Shown one piece after another: positions 37,810-52,287 of a stretch of 64,000 nt of DNA. The stretch is from contig NC_058368.1 of assembly GCF_018350175.1 (NCBI RefSeq), positions 80,168,001 to 80,232,000 on the forward strand. Reading direction: 5' to 3'. Position 1 is the stretch's first letter; every line of letters begins with the position of its first letter. Below the pieces are notes generated by a model. It was not told where the DNA came from, searched no databases, and saw only the letters and a list, made by a program, of their open reading frames with translations. The position numbers and the translations under genes are program-made. This DNA is from Felis catus. Lineage: Eukaryota.

Positions 37810-38060
37810 TTTTTATGGAGGTATAATTGAATACAACTTTAGTTTCAGGTGCATGGCATAACGATTATTTGTATATACTGTGAAACGGTCACCACATAAG
37901 TCTAGTTAACATCTGTCACCATACATAGTTACAGAATTTTTTTCTTACGGTAAGAACTTTCCAGATCTACGATCTTAGCAACTTTCAGATATGCAGGTCA
38001 GTGTTATTGGCCATGGTCACTACATGGCACATCACATCCCCATGGCCTGTATATTTTACA
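37810..38060 (-). mobile_element. L1 3'-end fragment (antisense)
   Basis: gaggtataattga...caccacataagtctagttaacatctgtcacc...cttagcaactttcag. Confidence 0.7.
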
Positions 38061-38439
38061 TAAAGGAAACTGTTAAGAACAAAACAGGCGGCCGCATCAA
38101 GGATCTCATAATGCGTCATAAGAAACGTCCCACCATGATTATCCCACGGTAAGCGTGAGGTCAGGGGAAGCCGGGTGAAAAGCAGAAGACAAATTCTGAA
38201 GGAGGCGAGCACCATTTGGCAAATGGGGACCCGGTGTTCCTGGTGGTGGGACTGAGCCCACGAAATTGTGACCACAGACGTGAGGCCAGTTCAAACCCCG
38301 GTGCGGGGGCATCTCAAGACCCCAAGCGTGAGGCTCCTTGTTTAGGAAGTGTATTCCAATGAGCCACATTTTCATGACTTTTGCTCAAACGCCCTTGTTC
38401 TGAAAGTGTCATCATGGCCTCTAAACCTGTAATTATAAC

Positions 38440-39349
<910 letters not shown>

Positions 39350-39513
39350 TAACACAGGCTTTGCCGTGTCCCAGCCCCCCGCCCCTGACACCTCAGCAGG
39401 TGGGCCCGAGGCTTCCCTGCCGCCTGAGTGGCCTCCCTTTCCCGCTTTAGGATCCGCAGCAATGGGAAAAGTTGGGGCGGGTGCTGCCTCCTCACACTCG
39501 GGTCTCCCCACAG

Positions 39514-39695
39514 GTGTCCCGGGGATGCCAGGGATCCCCGGGCTGTCTGGAATCCCCGGCTTGCCAGGGAAGCCGGGCCACATCAAAGGAGTCAAAGGAG
39601 ACATCGGAGTCCCGGGCGTGCCCGGATTGCCAGGATTCCCCGGCGTGCCCGGCCCCCCCGGAATCATCGGGTTTCCCGGGTTCACAGGAAGTCGG
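39514..39695 (+). CDS. COL4A2: COL4A2 exon ~34 (182 nt) [10 protein letters not shown]...GFTGSR
   Basis: ccacag| ... CGG|gtgagt. Confidence 0.95.
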
Positions 39696-40569
39696 GTGAG
39701 TGGCACCTCTTACTTCCCAGCCCCACCTCTGCTCCCGACCAGAGATTTGCTGGGGTGCGAGTGGTCGAGGGACAGCTCCGGAGTTGGGTCCCCGGCTCGG
39801 TGTAAGGGGACGCTGCTCACACCAGCCCCAGTGGTGGTTTCAGTGCCTCCCACGCTGCTGGTGGCCTTGGTTGGCAGAGGCGTGGCCTCCGTGCTCTCTC
39901 ACGGCCCCCTTGGGAAAACTACACGTGAATGTACAGCCATCAAACTCTACACGTGATCGTGTGTGACATCAGGACGGAGGACCCATTAATGGGTCACGGA
40001 GTGGACATCACCCCGGCCTGCCGTTCACTGGCTCCTTCACCCCACGCACGCACTCTGAGTGCTTGCTGGGTGCGGGTGCCGAGTCGGGGTGACACAGACG
40101 CACAGTGACCCCGGGCGGGGCTCCCATCTCTCCACACCTGCCTCCTCGTCTGTGAGGCTCACGACACAGCTATCCTGCGATGTCACTGGCCGGGCGGGGC
40201 GTGGTCCGTGTAACGTGGCACAGAGGGGCCCTCGGTCAGTTCTACTTCACGAAATTACCCCTTCAACCTGTTACGGCTAAAGGTACTTTACGCTCACAGT
40301 CCTCAGCATGTGACGCACTCGTTTCTGGCGCTCACAGTGGGGTTCGCCCATTTTGGGCAGATCGGAAGGCCCGGCCACCCTGTGGTAAACCTCTAGTAAC
40401 AGCCCAGGTTGGCCTGTGTCTCGCCCACCTTCACGTACGCGACGCCATCTGAGTTCTTCGGGTGTCTTCCTTCCATCACCCGGAACCTGATGGGACCTGT
40501 GCAGCAGGTGTGTGGCATTACTCGGGTCACTTAGAAAGGATGCGTGTGTCTATCGAGGGGCCCAGAGGA

Positions 40570-40960
40570 TGGTGTTCCCAGCAGCTTCTTTCCTAACAGC
40601 CAAAAACTGGGAGAGCCCAAATGCCGGCCAACAGGTGAGCGGACACGGCGCGTTCCGACCGTGGACGAGCACTCAGTGGTAAATGGGGAAGTGCTGATAA
40701 ATGCACCGACCCAAGTGACTGTCACAGACTTCACGTCGAACCGAGCAAGCCAGAAACAGTACAAAGGATGCGATCCCACGGGTGTAGAAGTCCAGAACCG
40801 ACCAGACGATGTGACAGAGGTCGGTCAGGGATTAGGGACTAGGAAATGGCGCAAGAGAACCTTCTGGAATGCTGAAAATATTCTGTGTGTCTATCTGGGT
40901 GGGACATGAATACAAGGTCACGGAGCGGTTGAGATGAGTTCACCACACTGGTGTGTGTTA
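40570..40960 (+). mobile_element. Old L1M-like fragment
   Basis: taacagccaaaaactggg...ttctggaatgctgaaaatattctg; recognised by eye. Confidence 0.5.
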
Positions 40961-40999
40961 CTCCTCAGGACAGGAAGCTGTAAGAAAGGAAAAGAGGGA

Positions 41000-41210
41000 G
41001 GGGGCCCTGGGAACCTCCATCGGTTCAGCAGCTGACTCTTGGTTTTTGGCTCAGGTCACAATCTTATGGTTGTGGGACGGATCTTATGGGATCGAGCCCC
41101 ACGTTGGGCTCTGTGCAGACAGCATGGAGCCTTCTTGGGATTATCTCCCTCTCTCTGTGCCCCTCCATTTCCCCCCTCAAAAATGAGTGAATAAACTTTA
41201 AAAAAAAGGA
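41000..41210 (+). mobile_element. Diverged Can-SINE
   Basis: gctcaggtca...gagccccacgttgggctctg, A tail. Confidence 0.8.
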
Positions 41211-41574
41211 AAAGAGATCATCATGTGGACAATGATGCAGCCTCTGGCACAGCATCCCCACCCCCCACCCAAAGGGGAGCTACTCTCGTGGTCCAGAGAC
41301 TCAAGTTAGCCATGCTGGGAGAGGTAACCGTACACAAGTCCCCACTAACACTGCCGTGTAGACCAGAGGATCAGGGTGGACCAGGAGGCCACCCTCCGTC
41401 TGAGGAAGAAGCCCCTTCAGAGAGGAAACCAATGGTTTGCATGGTCACAGAGCCACCCAGACACCACCCCAGGCTCATTATCAGGAATCAGCATCGCTGG
41501 AGGGAAGTCTCACGTCTGCAGATGGAGTGCACAGCCGTGCAACATCCAGAGCAAGCTCGGGAATCCAGCAGCCC

Positions 41575-41650
41575 AAGTTCATATCCCAGTTCTGCCGCTT
41601 ACTAGCTGAGTGACCTTGAGAAATTACTTAGCCTCTCTGTGCCTCAACGT
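41575..41650. mobile_element. MIR fragment
   Basis: tactagctgagtgaccttgag...ttacttagcctctctgtgcctc. Confidence 0.75.
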
Positions 41651-42010
41651 CTGTCACATGCAAATTCATCATACCTGCCTCTGAGACAGGACCCAACACG
41701 GGTGCCCGTGCACAGCTGAGCAGAGTGTGGGACGCGATCAGCCACGAGTGCCACCACCACCGTCATGACAGTGACCCACATCATCTACATACTTGGTTTC
41801 AGTAAAGCTTTACCGCTCAGTAAGAACAGGGGAGGAAACCACCTGCTATCATGCAGAAAAACGTGAGGGGGGTGCTACAAAATGATGACGTAACAAACAG
41901 CAAGATGTGGTTTTAGCAAACCAAGTAGCTGGACGCCCTAGGCCTCCTAAATTATAGACTTATTTCATGAACAGCCTCCTGAGATGTTTCCGTGTCTGAC
42001 TTTGCTCTAG

Positions 42011-42074
42011 GGCGACAAGGGAGCTCCGGGGAGAGCGGGTCTTTACGGCGAGGTTGGCCCCACAGGTGATTTCG
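42011..42074 (+). CDS. COL4A2: COL4A2 exon ~35 (64 nt) [21 protein letters not shown]
   Basis: ctctag| ... TTCG|gtgagt. Confidence 0.94.
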
Positions 42075-42206
42075 GTGAGTGTTGCCTGGATCATGACCGT
42101 AGAGCGTCCACCATCCAGAGCATTCCAGGCTCTGGGTGTGGTGATGAGCCCCGGAGATGCTGGCAGGAATTTTGAAGCAAATTCTTTATCTTAAGAACGT
42201 AACACA

Positions 42207-42352
42207 GGGGCGCCTGGGTGGCTCAGTTGGTTGAGCATCCGACTCTTGGTCTCAGCTCAGGTCTTGACCTTAGGGTCGTGGGTTCAGGCCCTACATTGAG
42301 CTCTATGCTGGGCCTGAAGCTTACTGAATGAATGAATGAATGAATGAATGAA
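42207..42352 (+). mobile_element. Short Can-SINE with a (TGAA)n tail
   Basis: Head without a CT block; TSD gtaacaca. Confidence 0.85.
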
Positions 42353-42431
42353 TAGTAACACAACAGAAGTTGCAAAGCTAACCCCCTGCCATTCAGAAGA
42401 ATGGTTGTCATCCATCCTTTCTGCACATCAG

Positions 42432-42506
42432 GTGACATTGGAGACACCATAGACCTGCCAGGAAGCCCAGGCCTGAAGGGGGAACGAGGCATCGCTGGAG
42501 CACCAG
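42432..42506 (+). CDS. COL4A2: COL4A2 exon ~36 (75 nt) [25 protein letters not shown]
   Basis: catcag| ... CCAG|gtacct. Confidence 0.93.
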
Positions 42507-44627
42507 GTACCTGAGTCGTTCCCGTCTCCCCTCTCGGGACAGCCCTGAGCACTGGGTGTGCCTCACTCCCGAGCTGGCCCGGCCCAGTGTGTCTCCACTT
42601 GTAGCACCGTGGGTCCCATTCCAGGGAACAGTTTGAGGTCTCCAAGCCCAATGCGCAAAGAAGAATTTTTAATTCAGTTAAACCTGAAGACAATGTTAAG
42701 AAAGCTCTCTCCGTCCCTGAGAGAGACACGGTAGGACACGAAGCAAATGACACAATGGCCAGGGTGTGTGACAGGCAGTGAGGGGTTTGCAGGAGGGCAG
42801 CGGGGGTCAGGCGCATGCCCTGAGCAGGGCGACAAGGCCCCCGATGTCACGGGGCGGGGGGAGGGGTGCCTCGCGTGGTACAGTAGCTCACTCCTCCTCT
42901 CTGAGTGTCCCTGAGGCCAAAGTCAACATTCCCACTAGTGGGCGCCAGGGACAGATGCATCCCTTCCGGGGATTTTCTCTCGGGGGACCCCTCACTGCTT
43001 TATCTGCCTGGAGCCCCAAGTTCTCCTAGGGACAGCGCTGGTCAGGGGAAAGCGTCTGTCCGTGTGACTGGGGCATTCAGGCCACGTGGAGCCAGAGACG
43101 GTCCATGCCTCCCAGCTGCTCTGGGCTCACTGTACATCTGTCATTGGTTTCGCGGTGGCTTTCCACCCAGCCACACAGGCACCCTGGGCTGCCTATATCT
43201 CCCCTTCTACAGAATTTTGGACAATTTGGTTTATAAAAGCAGAAACGTGAGACCATCTTTGCTCCGTGGTCACTAACAATAACCTCGTTTATTCACCTGA
43301 AAATATGTCAGGGAAAAGAGGCCGTCCCCACCAAAAACTCTGGCTGTCACCCCTCAACCGTGTAGGTGACTTAGCTGTGGGCCCAGGAAGTAGGGCTGTG
43401 TCTCAGGACGTCGGTCCCAGGCACAGAGGGGCCATGACACGTGTATCAGGCAACCGTGGGGTCCATCTCCCTCGGACCAATGAGGGCCGCCTGAGAGGTC
43501 AGCAGCAGAGGGGGCGGCCGGAGGGGCCCTGGTCAGACTGGCTCATACGCAGTAGGGGCCTCGGGGGACTGGGGGGGGGGGCAGTGGGGGGGGGGGAACG
43601 GGGCTTAGGCTGGCGTCCCCGGGATGAAGGTACACGGGACTGTCTGCAGGGAGAGCACGCGGCTGGTTGGGGTTTGGAGAGGATTCTTAAAACACTAGAA
43701 TAACTGATAGAAAGAAGCAGAACTTCTCAGGTGGCTCTGCTTCAAGACCACACAAACGTTAACAGTACTTTTTATGAGCAACTCAGAATTGAGGAGACCC
43801 TGGACGAAAGTGATTATGTGGGATGTAAGTTGATCGGAAGTTTTCAAAATCCTCCAGCGTGCCAGAAAACACCGCAAACGTTTGACCCGGAACACTGCCA
43901 CTGGCGAAGGCAGGGTTTCTAAGTCTGCCTGATGGCCATGGCGGAGTCTCCTGACGTGCTAGTTGAAGATGCAGATTACAGACTGCCCCTGGCCTGCTAA
44001 GCCATCCCTGAGACAGAGGCTCACACATGTATGACCGATTCCCCAGCTGTCCCCGACACACCACACGTGAAGAACCACTCCGATAGGGGCCCTAGGTGGT
44101 GATCTTGGTGAGGAGCTCAAAACACAGTGGCCTAGAACATCCACAAGAAGTATCTCATGGTCCCCAGGGGCCAGGAATTCAGGAGCGCCGTGGTTCTGAC
44201 CCCGGGCTGGTCTGGGACAAGAGGGCCCATCTCCAAGATGGCACCCGAGAGCAGCTGTTGGCGGGAGGCCTCAGCCCCTCACCACGTGGGCCTCTCCCCG
44301 AGCAGCTTGGGTGTCCTCTCCAGAGCCAGCCACCCAAAGAGGTGACAAAGTGAAAACAGGGATGCATGACACATTCTATGGCCGATGAAGTGACACAGTG
44401 ACCTGGGGTGACCCACGTCGGCCCCATCCGTGCCCAAGGGCGTGAATACTAGGACGTGGGGCCACTGAATTAGGCAAAACAGGAGTCAGGGAAGGAACAT
44501 GTTGAGATAAGGAGCCATTCACAGCAGAAGCAGCCGCGTGAAATGACAGCATCCCTTACCTGGCGTCCCCTTTAAGCCCCAGGGAGGCAGTGTCTGCTCG
44601 GCTCCAATCAGAACTCTGTGCTTACAG

Positions 44628-44735
44628 GTCTAAAGGGATTCTTTGGGGAAAAAGGAACGGAGGGTGAAGTCGGCTTCCCCGGGATAACAGGCGTGCCAGG
44701 CGTCCAAGGCCCTCCAGGACCTAAAGGGCAAGCAG
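44628..44735 (+). CDS. COL4A2: COL4A2 exon ~37 (108 nt) [10 protein letters not shown]...GPKGQA
   Basis: ttacag| ... GCAG|gtacaa. Confidence 0.94.
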
Positions 44736-45457
44736 GTACAATCTCTTGCTGTCACGCAGCCTCCCCACGTGTGCCCTCCCCCCACAGCTGGGCCTCCAAA
44801 CCTCAGGACCCCAGGACAGAGGTGGCCAGTGTGCCTGTGTCCTAGTCTGCCATGATCACACCGCGCCCCAGGAAGCTGGCCCTTGCATGTTACCCGTGAC
44901 CCAGCTCTGCCTTAGGACCAAGCTCGTGGAGAGGACCAGGCGGCCTGCCGCGGGGACATGCACAGGAACTGACGCACGAGTTCCTATGGCCGGTGTCTCC
45001 CTGGGAACGCAGGCTGAGTTCTGGTCACAGCACCCCTTCTGTGCATCCGAATATGCAGAAACATGTTTGCGGATCCCGAGTTAGCTTGGAAAGCAGACAG
45101 GGGGGCTACTTCCCCACTTTTTCCTCGTTGCTGCTTTTGTTTTGTTGTTGCCTTGCTTTGCGTGGGACCTGGGGATCCTGAGGCTGATCCTTCAGGGTTT
45201 CCTGGGTTCCCTCCGGACTCCCACGCAGATGGCAAGACAATACTGGGAGAACACAGGCCGCTCTCTCTTTGGCAAAGCTGAGCTACCCGCCCTCAGCCCG
45301 TACGTGGGGCACGTTTCCAGCTGGAAGGAAGGCTCTTCCCTTCCCACAGAGGCCCTCCTCCTCCAGGCAGAACCGAGCTACAGACCAGGGAGGCCCTGGG
45401 GTTCCTGGGTGCTGCTGGGGGTTCCAGTCCCACTTAAGGGTGTGTTTATACCCCCAG

Positions 45458-45565
45458 GCTTCCCAGGACTGACAGGGCTGCAGGGGCCGCAGGGAGAGCC
45501 GGGGCGGGCAGGAGCGCCCGGTGACAAAGGAGACTATGGCTGGCCCGGGATCCCAGGCTCACCAG
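45458..45565 (+). CDS. COL4A2: COL4A2 exon ~38 (108 nt) [10 protein letters not shown]...GIPGSP
   Basis: ccccag| ... CCAG|gtgaga. Confidence 0.95.
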
Positions 45566-46165
45566 GTGAGAGCGTCTCTCCCTCTGCAGACACGAGCACC
45601 AACTCAGAGCCAGGCCTGCAGGTTGGGGAGGGGCACTGGGAGCCAGGTTGGTCTCTCTCTGGTCGGCTCACAGCAATGCAGAGGTGGGACAGAGGGACAG
45701 AAGCCAGTGTCCCTGCTGTCCTGTCCAGGGCTCCGGCTGTGGCTGAGCCAGGTCTGGCCGAGCTCTTGGCGGGAGCTGGGGGGTTACCCAGGCCCTCAGG
45801 AGCTGTCTTTCCCAGCGTTAAGGGGCCACCCCCACCCACACTCACTCCCCATATCCCAGGAAGAATCGCGCTCACTGGCCGTCAGCCTTACATGTCCTAC
45901 TTAGAAAAGTTTATGCTCGGGAATCCGGAGGGAATGGAATAATGCTAGAGCCTTGGTTCCGAGCATAGCTTGTACAAACCACATATGTACAGTGACTCAA
46001 GCATCAGGAGAAACCCCGCACTTCCGTCCAGCTCCCTTATGGCCATAACGAGCCTGTAAAAAGATTCCGTGAAAACAATCTAAGTTAAATGGTTCTCCTG
46101 GGTGACACGAAAGTGATGTGCAAGTCACAGTGTGCAGAACTGCTTGCTGTTTGCCGGGCTTTTGA

Positions 46166-46351
<186 letters not shown>

Positions 46352-46690
46352 TAATCCTGCCCCAGCCACGTGACCACACTCAGTGGTGGGGGGCAGGGGC
46401 TAGTGGGGGACATCCTGGACCTGGGGGCTCAGGGAGCAGGATGGCTCCGTGCGGGCTGTGCGGCCCTCCCAGAGGCCACCTGGGCTCCCCCGTGGTGCTG
46501 CAGACTGAGAGGGTTCCAACTACAATCACATCCGGGACACTGAGGCCACACGGCCAGCTGGGATCTCCACGGCCGGCCTCTGGTTCCATCCCCGAGTCTC
46601 AGTGCACAGCATCACTGGTCTTTTGCCTCCGAAGATCAGCCTGCCATGGCTGAGGACACAAACGTCACCGCTGTGTTAACCCTGCCGCAG

Positions 46691-46816
46691 GTGTGGACGC
46701 CCACGGAGACCCCGGCTTTCCCGGTCCTGCCGGGGACAGGGGTGACCCAGGAGAGGCCAACACCCGCCCAGGCCCTGTCGGAGCCCCAGGACAGAAAGGG
46801 GAGCGAGGAAATCCAG
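46691..46816 (+). CDS. COL4A2: COL4A2 exon ~40 (126 nt) [12 protein letters not shown]...GERGNP
   Basis: ccgcag| ... CCAG|gtgagg. Confidence 0.95.
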
Positions 46817-49800
46817 GTGAGGCCAAGGACCAGCCAGCAGCACCAGACCTGGGGTGTCTGTGAGTCCGAGAGATGGATGTGGAAAGGTCCCTAGAAAGTG
46901 CCAGTTGCTTTGCAGACAATTTCTTGCTGCAGAACCCCTTGGCCAGCCCTCCACCCTTATACTCTTAGAATCCATCAGGGGTTAGTGAGTGACCACCCTC
47001 TCTGGTGGGAAGGACACGTTCCCACCTGTAGGGACCACACTCTGTCCCCTGCCCCATGTCCCCGGGGCACCTGCACAGTGGTTACCCGTCACAAGCTCTC
47101 AGTGTCAGACGAACACGTAAACACAAGCATTACAGTCACCGAGCTGAACCCCTCAGGCAGGTCTGGCCTGTGGTAGGAGCCAACCAGGGAAAGGTGTCTC
47201 ACCTGCTGAGAAAGGGCCCCACTCCCACCCAAGCCCCCGGCACACGTGCTTAAGCCTGACCTGGGGTGGGAAACGTTTCCAGACGGAAGTCTGATCAGTA
47301 TCTAGGGGCAGAGCGTGTTGAAAGTATTACAGTATCATTGAGCATTGAGCATCGTCATTGCTTACTGACGATCCGTGGCCACCAGCACACCCAGCACATG
47401 GGCTCAGGCCTGTCACACAGTGGCCCAGGGCATGCTTCGGTCAGGATACTCTAGTAAGCTAGAGCCAGCAACCCCATAGAGTAGTCAGTACCCAAGGAAG
47501 GCAGCAACTCCATCCCCCATGGAGGGCAGCCGGTGTCCAGAGGCTCACCGACCACATCGCCTGATTCTCCAAGGTCTGTCACTGCCCCTCTTTCAAATAG
47601 CTGGAAACTCCAGAATTCCCTGATATCTGAGCTCCACAGCATTGACCTGAAGGCAAGAGAATGAGGAGAGGCTCAGCCAGCCGGGGCCTTCGTATGAGCC
47701 CTGAGAGGCTGCACGGTGCTCACGCAGCCTCAGTCGGGGTCTGTTGACTGGCACATTCCCCGCTCGGGGGGTAAGGGTTGGTCCACCGGCACAAGCCTCC
47801 TTAGAGCCCCCCGGGGAGCTGGCAGTGCCCGTGACTTTGAAGTCAGATGCCTGCATGTGTGTTCTCATTCTACCTCTCACTTGGTACGACCTTGCACACG
47901 GCTCTGCTTATAAAACGAAGGTAGAAGCCCACCTTCTGGGTATCAAGGGGATGCGGTGAGATAATACAGGTGAGGCTCTTACACATAGAGGCCCAGAAAG
48001 CAACGCTCGCTGGCTTCTCTACAAGGCCTCCAATTAGCATTTTTTCAGAGAGTCCTGCTCGTAAGAGGAGCTGCCCTCTGAAAGGGGCGGGGGAACGCAG
48101 CCCTGGGTATGGAGGTGAGGGCGGGCCCAGGGGACAGAGGGAAGCGAGAGGCACGGACAGTGCTCACAAGACTTCAGCTGCGCCCTGTGTCCTGAGGCAC
48201 GCCGACTGATGCACACGGCACACTGTTCAGGCTCAGAAACGGGCAACAAGGGATAGGTTACGGTTCCCAGCAGGACAGAAATCACCTCTCTTACTCCCCT
48301 GTTTATACCTCGGGGAGATGCCTGCTGCAGAGTCAGTGTTCACAGACATTCGTTGGAGCAGAATGTTGTGAAACTCTTTGTGACCGCCACAAAGTCGAAA
48401 GACTCCGCCACCCCGCCCCACGATCCCATCGTGCGTTAACTGTGCGCCATCTGTTTCCCAGAATTCTTGAACCTACAGTGTAGCCCCCCGCACTCCATCA
48501 GAGGGACCCAGAACGTGCGGGCTCCCACACGGCCCTGAGGCCTCGCAGCTCTCTGTAAAGCAGCTGTCCCCTACGAGGGCCTCGTCCCGCATCAGAATCA
48601 CAGCGGCCCAATGAGCTGGTGGTTTCCGAGCAGACTCCGGGCTCTGCCCACTGGGCCACAGCCTCTGGCCATCGTGAGGGAGGGAGACTTCCCACGGAGA
48701 CATCCCCAGGCAGGCCGGTGAGGACACACTGTCCTCCGAGGATGGCGGGTGACCGTGAGCCATCGTTGTCCCTCCCGTGGGCCTCACCTCAGGCCAGAAG
48801 TGCAGATTTGCAGCCGAGGCCCCTCCTGCCGCTGATGTGGGGCTCAATTCATGGTTTGCCTGGGCAGGACGGGTTTTCATCAAACCTGTATCAGTCGGGG
48901 GTTTCTTTCAACACTTAGGAAGATCCGTGGGTGCCAAGGAGGGAATGGGCTTGTGTTGACCCTGATTCCAGCAAACTGAGCCTGGGTCACTCAGAGTGTC
49001 GCTAACAGAGGCCCAGTCACTGCGGTTTGTTGTGGGAATCCGGCCGCTCTGGATCTTCTGACTCGAGAGTTTCTGCCATTATCCACTGACACTCGCCGCC
49101 TGTTTCGGTCACTTTGTGACAATAGTTAGACACAGCTCAGTTGGTGTCGTTTTCTGTCAAACTACAGACGGCAGCTGGCCGGTCCCCACAGGCCTCGTAA
49201 ACCCGCTTGCCCATTGCCTGTAATCGAGACAAAGATGACACCTTTCTCAGTGTTCCCCCTGGCGCGTTTCTCCGTCCGCTGCGCAGAGGCACGCGCCGTG
49301 ATGGGTATCGGAGCCGCGGTGTGGCTGAGGACCAGCCAGGAGGCTGTGCGGGGGGCACAGGAGGCGGCCGCTGGCCCCTCGGTCACGCGGATTTGCCCCG
49401 TGCTGCCCAGCTCACCGTCCGCCCTGGAGGAGACATGACGGTGCCGGGACACCCGGACGCCTCTCTGCACCTCCAGACTGTGGGAGAAAACAAACACCAG
49501 TCTGGCAATTAGGAGAGAAACCGACCGCCTTCCCACTGGCAGCGCCCACGCCCGCCGAGCACGGACGGGCACCTGTGACCGTCGTGTGGGCCAACACGCG
49601 GGACCGGGGGGCTCCCACAGATCTGCTCGCATGGGGACTGTCCTCCACCGTCTGTCCTCCGTCAGTCCCTGAGGCCGGTCCTGTCCCGTGCCGCAGTTCT
49701 GTTCTGCGAAGCAAATACCAAGTGAGGGATTCTGAACCAGGGACTCTCATGGAAATGCAGAGTCGGGCTCCTGACAGCCCCTGGTCACACGTTCACCGAC

Positions 49801-50592
49801 CGACCTACACGTGACCTTTTGCTCTCATGTGTTTCTGTTGAAAGACACCTTATTTGATGTGTGTTGTTGATACGTTGACGTGGACCTCGTGGCCACCGGC
49901 TCGGTCTCTTGCCCGAAGGAAGCCCCTGTGACACACGTGTCCTCTGTGAGCACGATCGGGGAGGAGGGGGGACAATTTAACAGTGAAATCACCAATAAGA
50001 AGCCCAGAAACGTAAAAACCACAGCACTAAACAGACACAGGAAGAATCCTTGTTGACACTTGGAGCTGAAACGAGGACGTCTGCAGGCACGGAAGGGTCT
50101 GCCTCTTCTGCTTGTCCAGGAGGGACGCCGGCACTGAGGGCGCATCGCCAATAAACCCCGCCGAGTACGCGGATCGGCGAGCTCAGAACCTGCGAGCGGC
50201 GAGGACAGCTGTGCAAAGCTGGGACCCAGGCTACCGAAGGCAGGGCGACAGGGCAGACTGGGAGCATCCGTGTGGTCCTTCTGGACCAACACGAGTGCTG
50301 GCCACACCCAGAACCTTCCATCCCAACCCAAGTGCTAGCCAGCAACAGAGCCAGCCTTCCAGGGCCCACGGGCCGTCCTCAAGTACCACAGCCACGTCGG
50401 CTGAGCAAGATCCATGGGACCCCCCAGGCAGCAGGAGGGGCCGGTGGCTTCCCTACGCCTGCAGTGTGGCACAGTCCCCGCCTCCCCTCACTGCCCCTCC
50501 TTGGCGGCTCTGCTCCTGGACAGGAGGGGAAACGATAGATTGAAAAGTTGGACGGTGATGGCAAAACTGACTTCTTCTGTTTCTCTCCGAAG

Positions 50593-50709
50593 GGGAACGA
50601 GGCCCAGTCGGGAGTCCGGGACTTCAGGGATTTCCAGGAATCACCCCACCTTCCAACATCTCCGGGTCACCTGGTGACAAAGGGGCACCGGGCATATTTG
50701 GCCCAGAAG
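50593..50709 (+). CDS. COL4A2: COL4A2 exon ~41 (117 nt) GERGPVG...[12 protein letters not shown]...GPE
   Basis: ctccgaag| ... GAAG|gtaagc. Confidence 0.94.
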
Positions 50710-50809
50710 GTAAGCAGGACTCCTGTGTCTGTGTGTTGCAATCTGTGGGGCAGGACCCGGCGGTGACTGGATTACTGTAGGGATGGGACAGACTCTCACT
50801 GCCACCTTG

Positions 50810-51253
50810 AGGGACATTGTGCAAAGGGAAATGGGCCACACACACACGGAGGGACGAGCACTGTGTGATGCCACTGGTAACCAGTCCCCAGAGCATTCAG
50901 ATCCAGGGACAGAAGGGAGAATGGGGGGAGCCGGGGCTGGGGGAAGCAACGGAGAGTCGCAGGTGAATGGGGGCAGAGCCCCGCTTCAGAAGATGAGAAG
51001 GTCTGAGGTGGACCTTCTGGTGTGGCGATGGCCACACAGGTCCTTCAGTGCCCTGAAGTACAGGTGTACTCAGTGCCCCTGAACCGCACACTTAGAAATG
51101 GTTGAAATGGGGGTGCCTGGGTGGCTCAGTTGGCTAAGCATCCGACTTCAGCTCAGGTCCTGATCTCACAGTTCGTGGGTTCGAGCCCCGTGTCGGGCTC
51201 TGTGCTGACAGCTCAGAGCCTGGAGCCTGCTTCGGATTCTGTCTCTCTCTCTC

Positions 51254-51300
<47 letters not shown>

Positions 51301-51390
51301 AATAAGCATTAAAAATTTTTTTAATTAAAAAAAAATAAATGGTTAAAATGGTAAGGTTTACATTATGTATATTCTACCACAATAAAGAAA
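50810..51390 (+). mobile_element. Old L1M 3'-end fragment interrupted by a Can-SINE
   Basis: ...gaaccgcacacttagaaatggtt[SINE]aaaatggtaaggtttacattatgtatattctaccacaataaa. Confidence 0.7.
51109..51336 (+). mobile_element. Can-SINE
   Basis: TSD aaatggtt(g/a)aaatgg; long (CT)n. Confidence 0.93.
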
Positions 51391-51542
51391 ACTCGTCCAG
51401 TGTTAGACATGCCAAAGACGCCCCCAGACAGGGGACTCGACACCTGGCCCCCCGGGCACGTCCTGCAACACATGCCAGTGCCGGTTGGCCATGCCCGCGC
51501 CCTCCTCCTGTGTAACGTCTTTCTGGTGACGCATGTCGACAG

Positions 51543-51704
51543 GTTATCGAGGGCCCCCGGGGCCACCTGGACCTGCTGCTCTCCCTGGAAGGAAAGGAGA
51601 CGAGGGCAACCCAGGAGCCCCAGGAAACCCCGGGACCAAAGGGTGGGGCGGGGACCCCGGGCCCCAGGGCCGGCCTGGCGTCTTCGGGCTCCCGGGAGAA
51701 AAAG
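51543..51704 (+). CDS. COL4A2: COL4A2 exon ~42 (162 nt) [10 protein letters not shown]...GLPGEK
   Basis: cgacag| ... AAAG|gtaacg. Confidence 0.95.
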
Positions 51705-51846
51705 GTAACGGTGCCCACGGAGGGAGGGCTCCTCTTGTCTCCTCTTGCCGGGGAGGCTGGCGGCACCAGTCAGGGCAGGGGGCGGGGGGCAGGGCTGGAG
51801 CCCCCACACAGACATGTGAGTCCTCTGTGTCCTGCTTGTCTTGAAG

Positions 51847-51945
51847 GACCCAGAGGGGAGCCAGGACTCATGGGAAACACAGGAGCCACCGGGAGTGTGG
51901 GCGACCCAGGCCCCAAGGGGCCCAAAGGAGACAGGGGACTCCCAG
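51847..51945 (+). CDS. COL4A2: COL4A2 exon ~43 (99 nt) [10 protein letters not shown]...GDRGLP
   Basis: ttgaag| ... CCAG|gtgagt. Confidence 0.94.
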
Positions 51946-52287
51946 GTGAGTGGCCTTCGCACACACACACAGCCAGCATCTCAGGTGGGTGGCCCCAGGA
52001 CTGGGCTTCAGGACGATCCCTGGCCCTCCGGGCTGGGGGACCCCTCCGAGGCCTCCCTCTGAAGTGCCACGCTGGGACCCTCTGTGGCTCCCGCCGTGAC
52101 TGGGTGACTGACAGCCGCCGGTGAAGGGAAGGCCCTTAGCGACCTCGCAGACCGGTTCTCTAGATGGCAAGATGGTTCCAGAAAGCTCCAAGATTGGTTT
52201 CAACGGATGAAAACAGTGGAATACAGATCATTGCAAGGAAGCCAGGGGGCGCCCCTGTGTCAACTGGCCTTTCTTTGCCCTTTCCAG

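Noticed and set aside
45142..45942. 266-aa ORF including a collagen segment (similarly 38732-39352 and 39273-39956)
   Set aside because: Stop-free intron flanks around real exons; only the GT-AG-bounded part is Gly-X-Y
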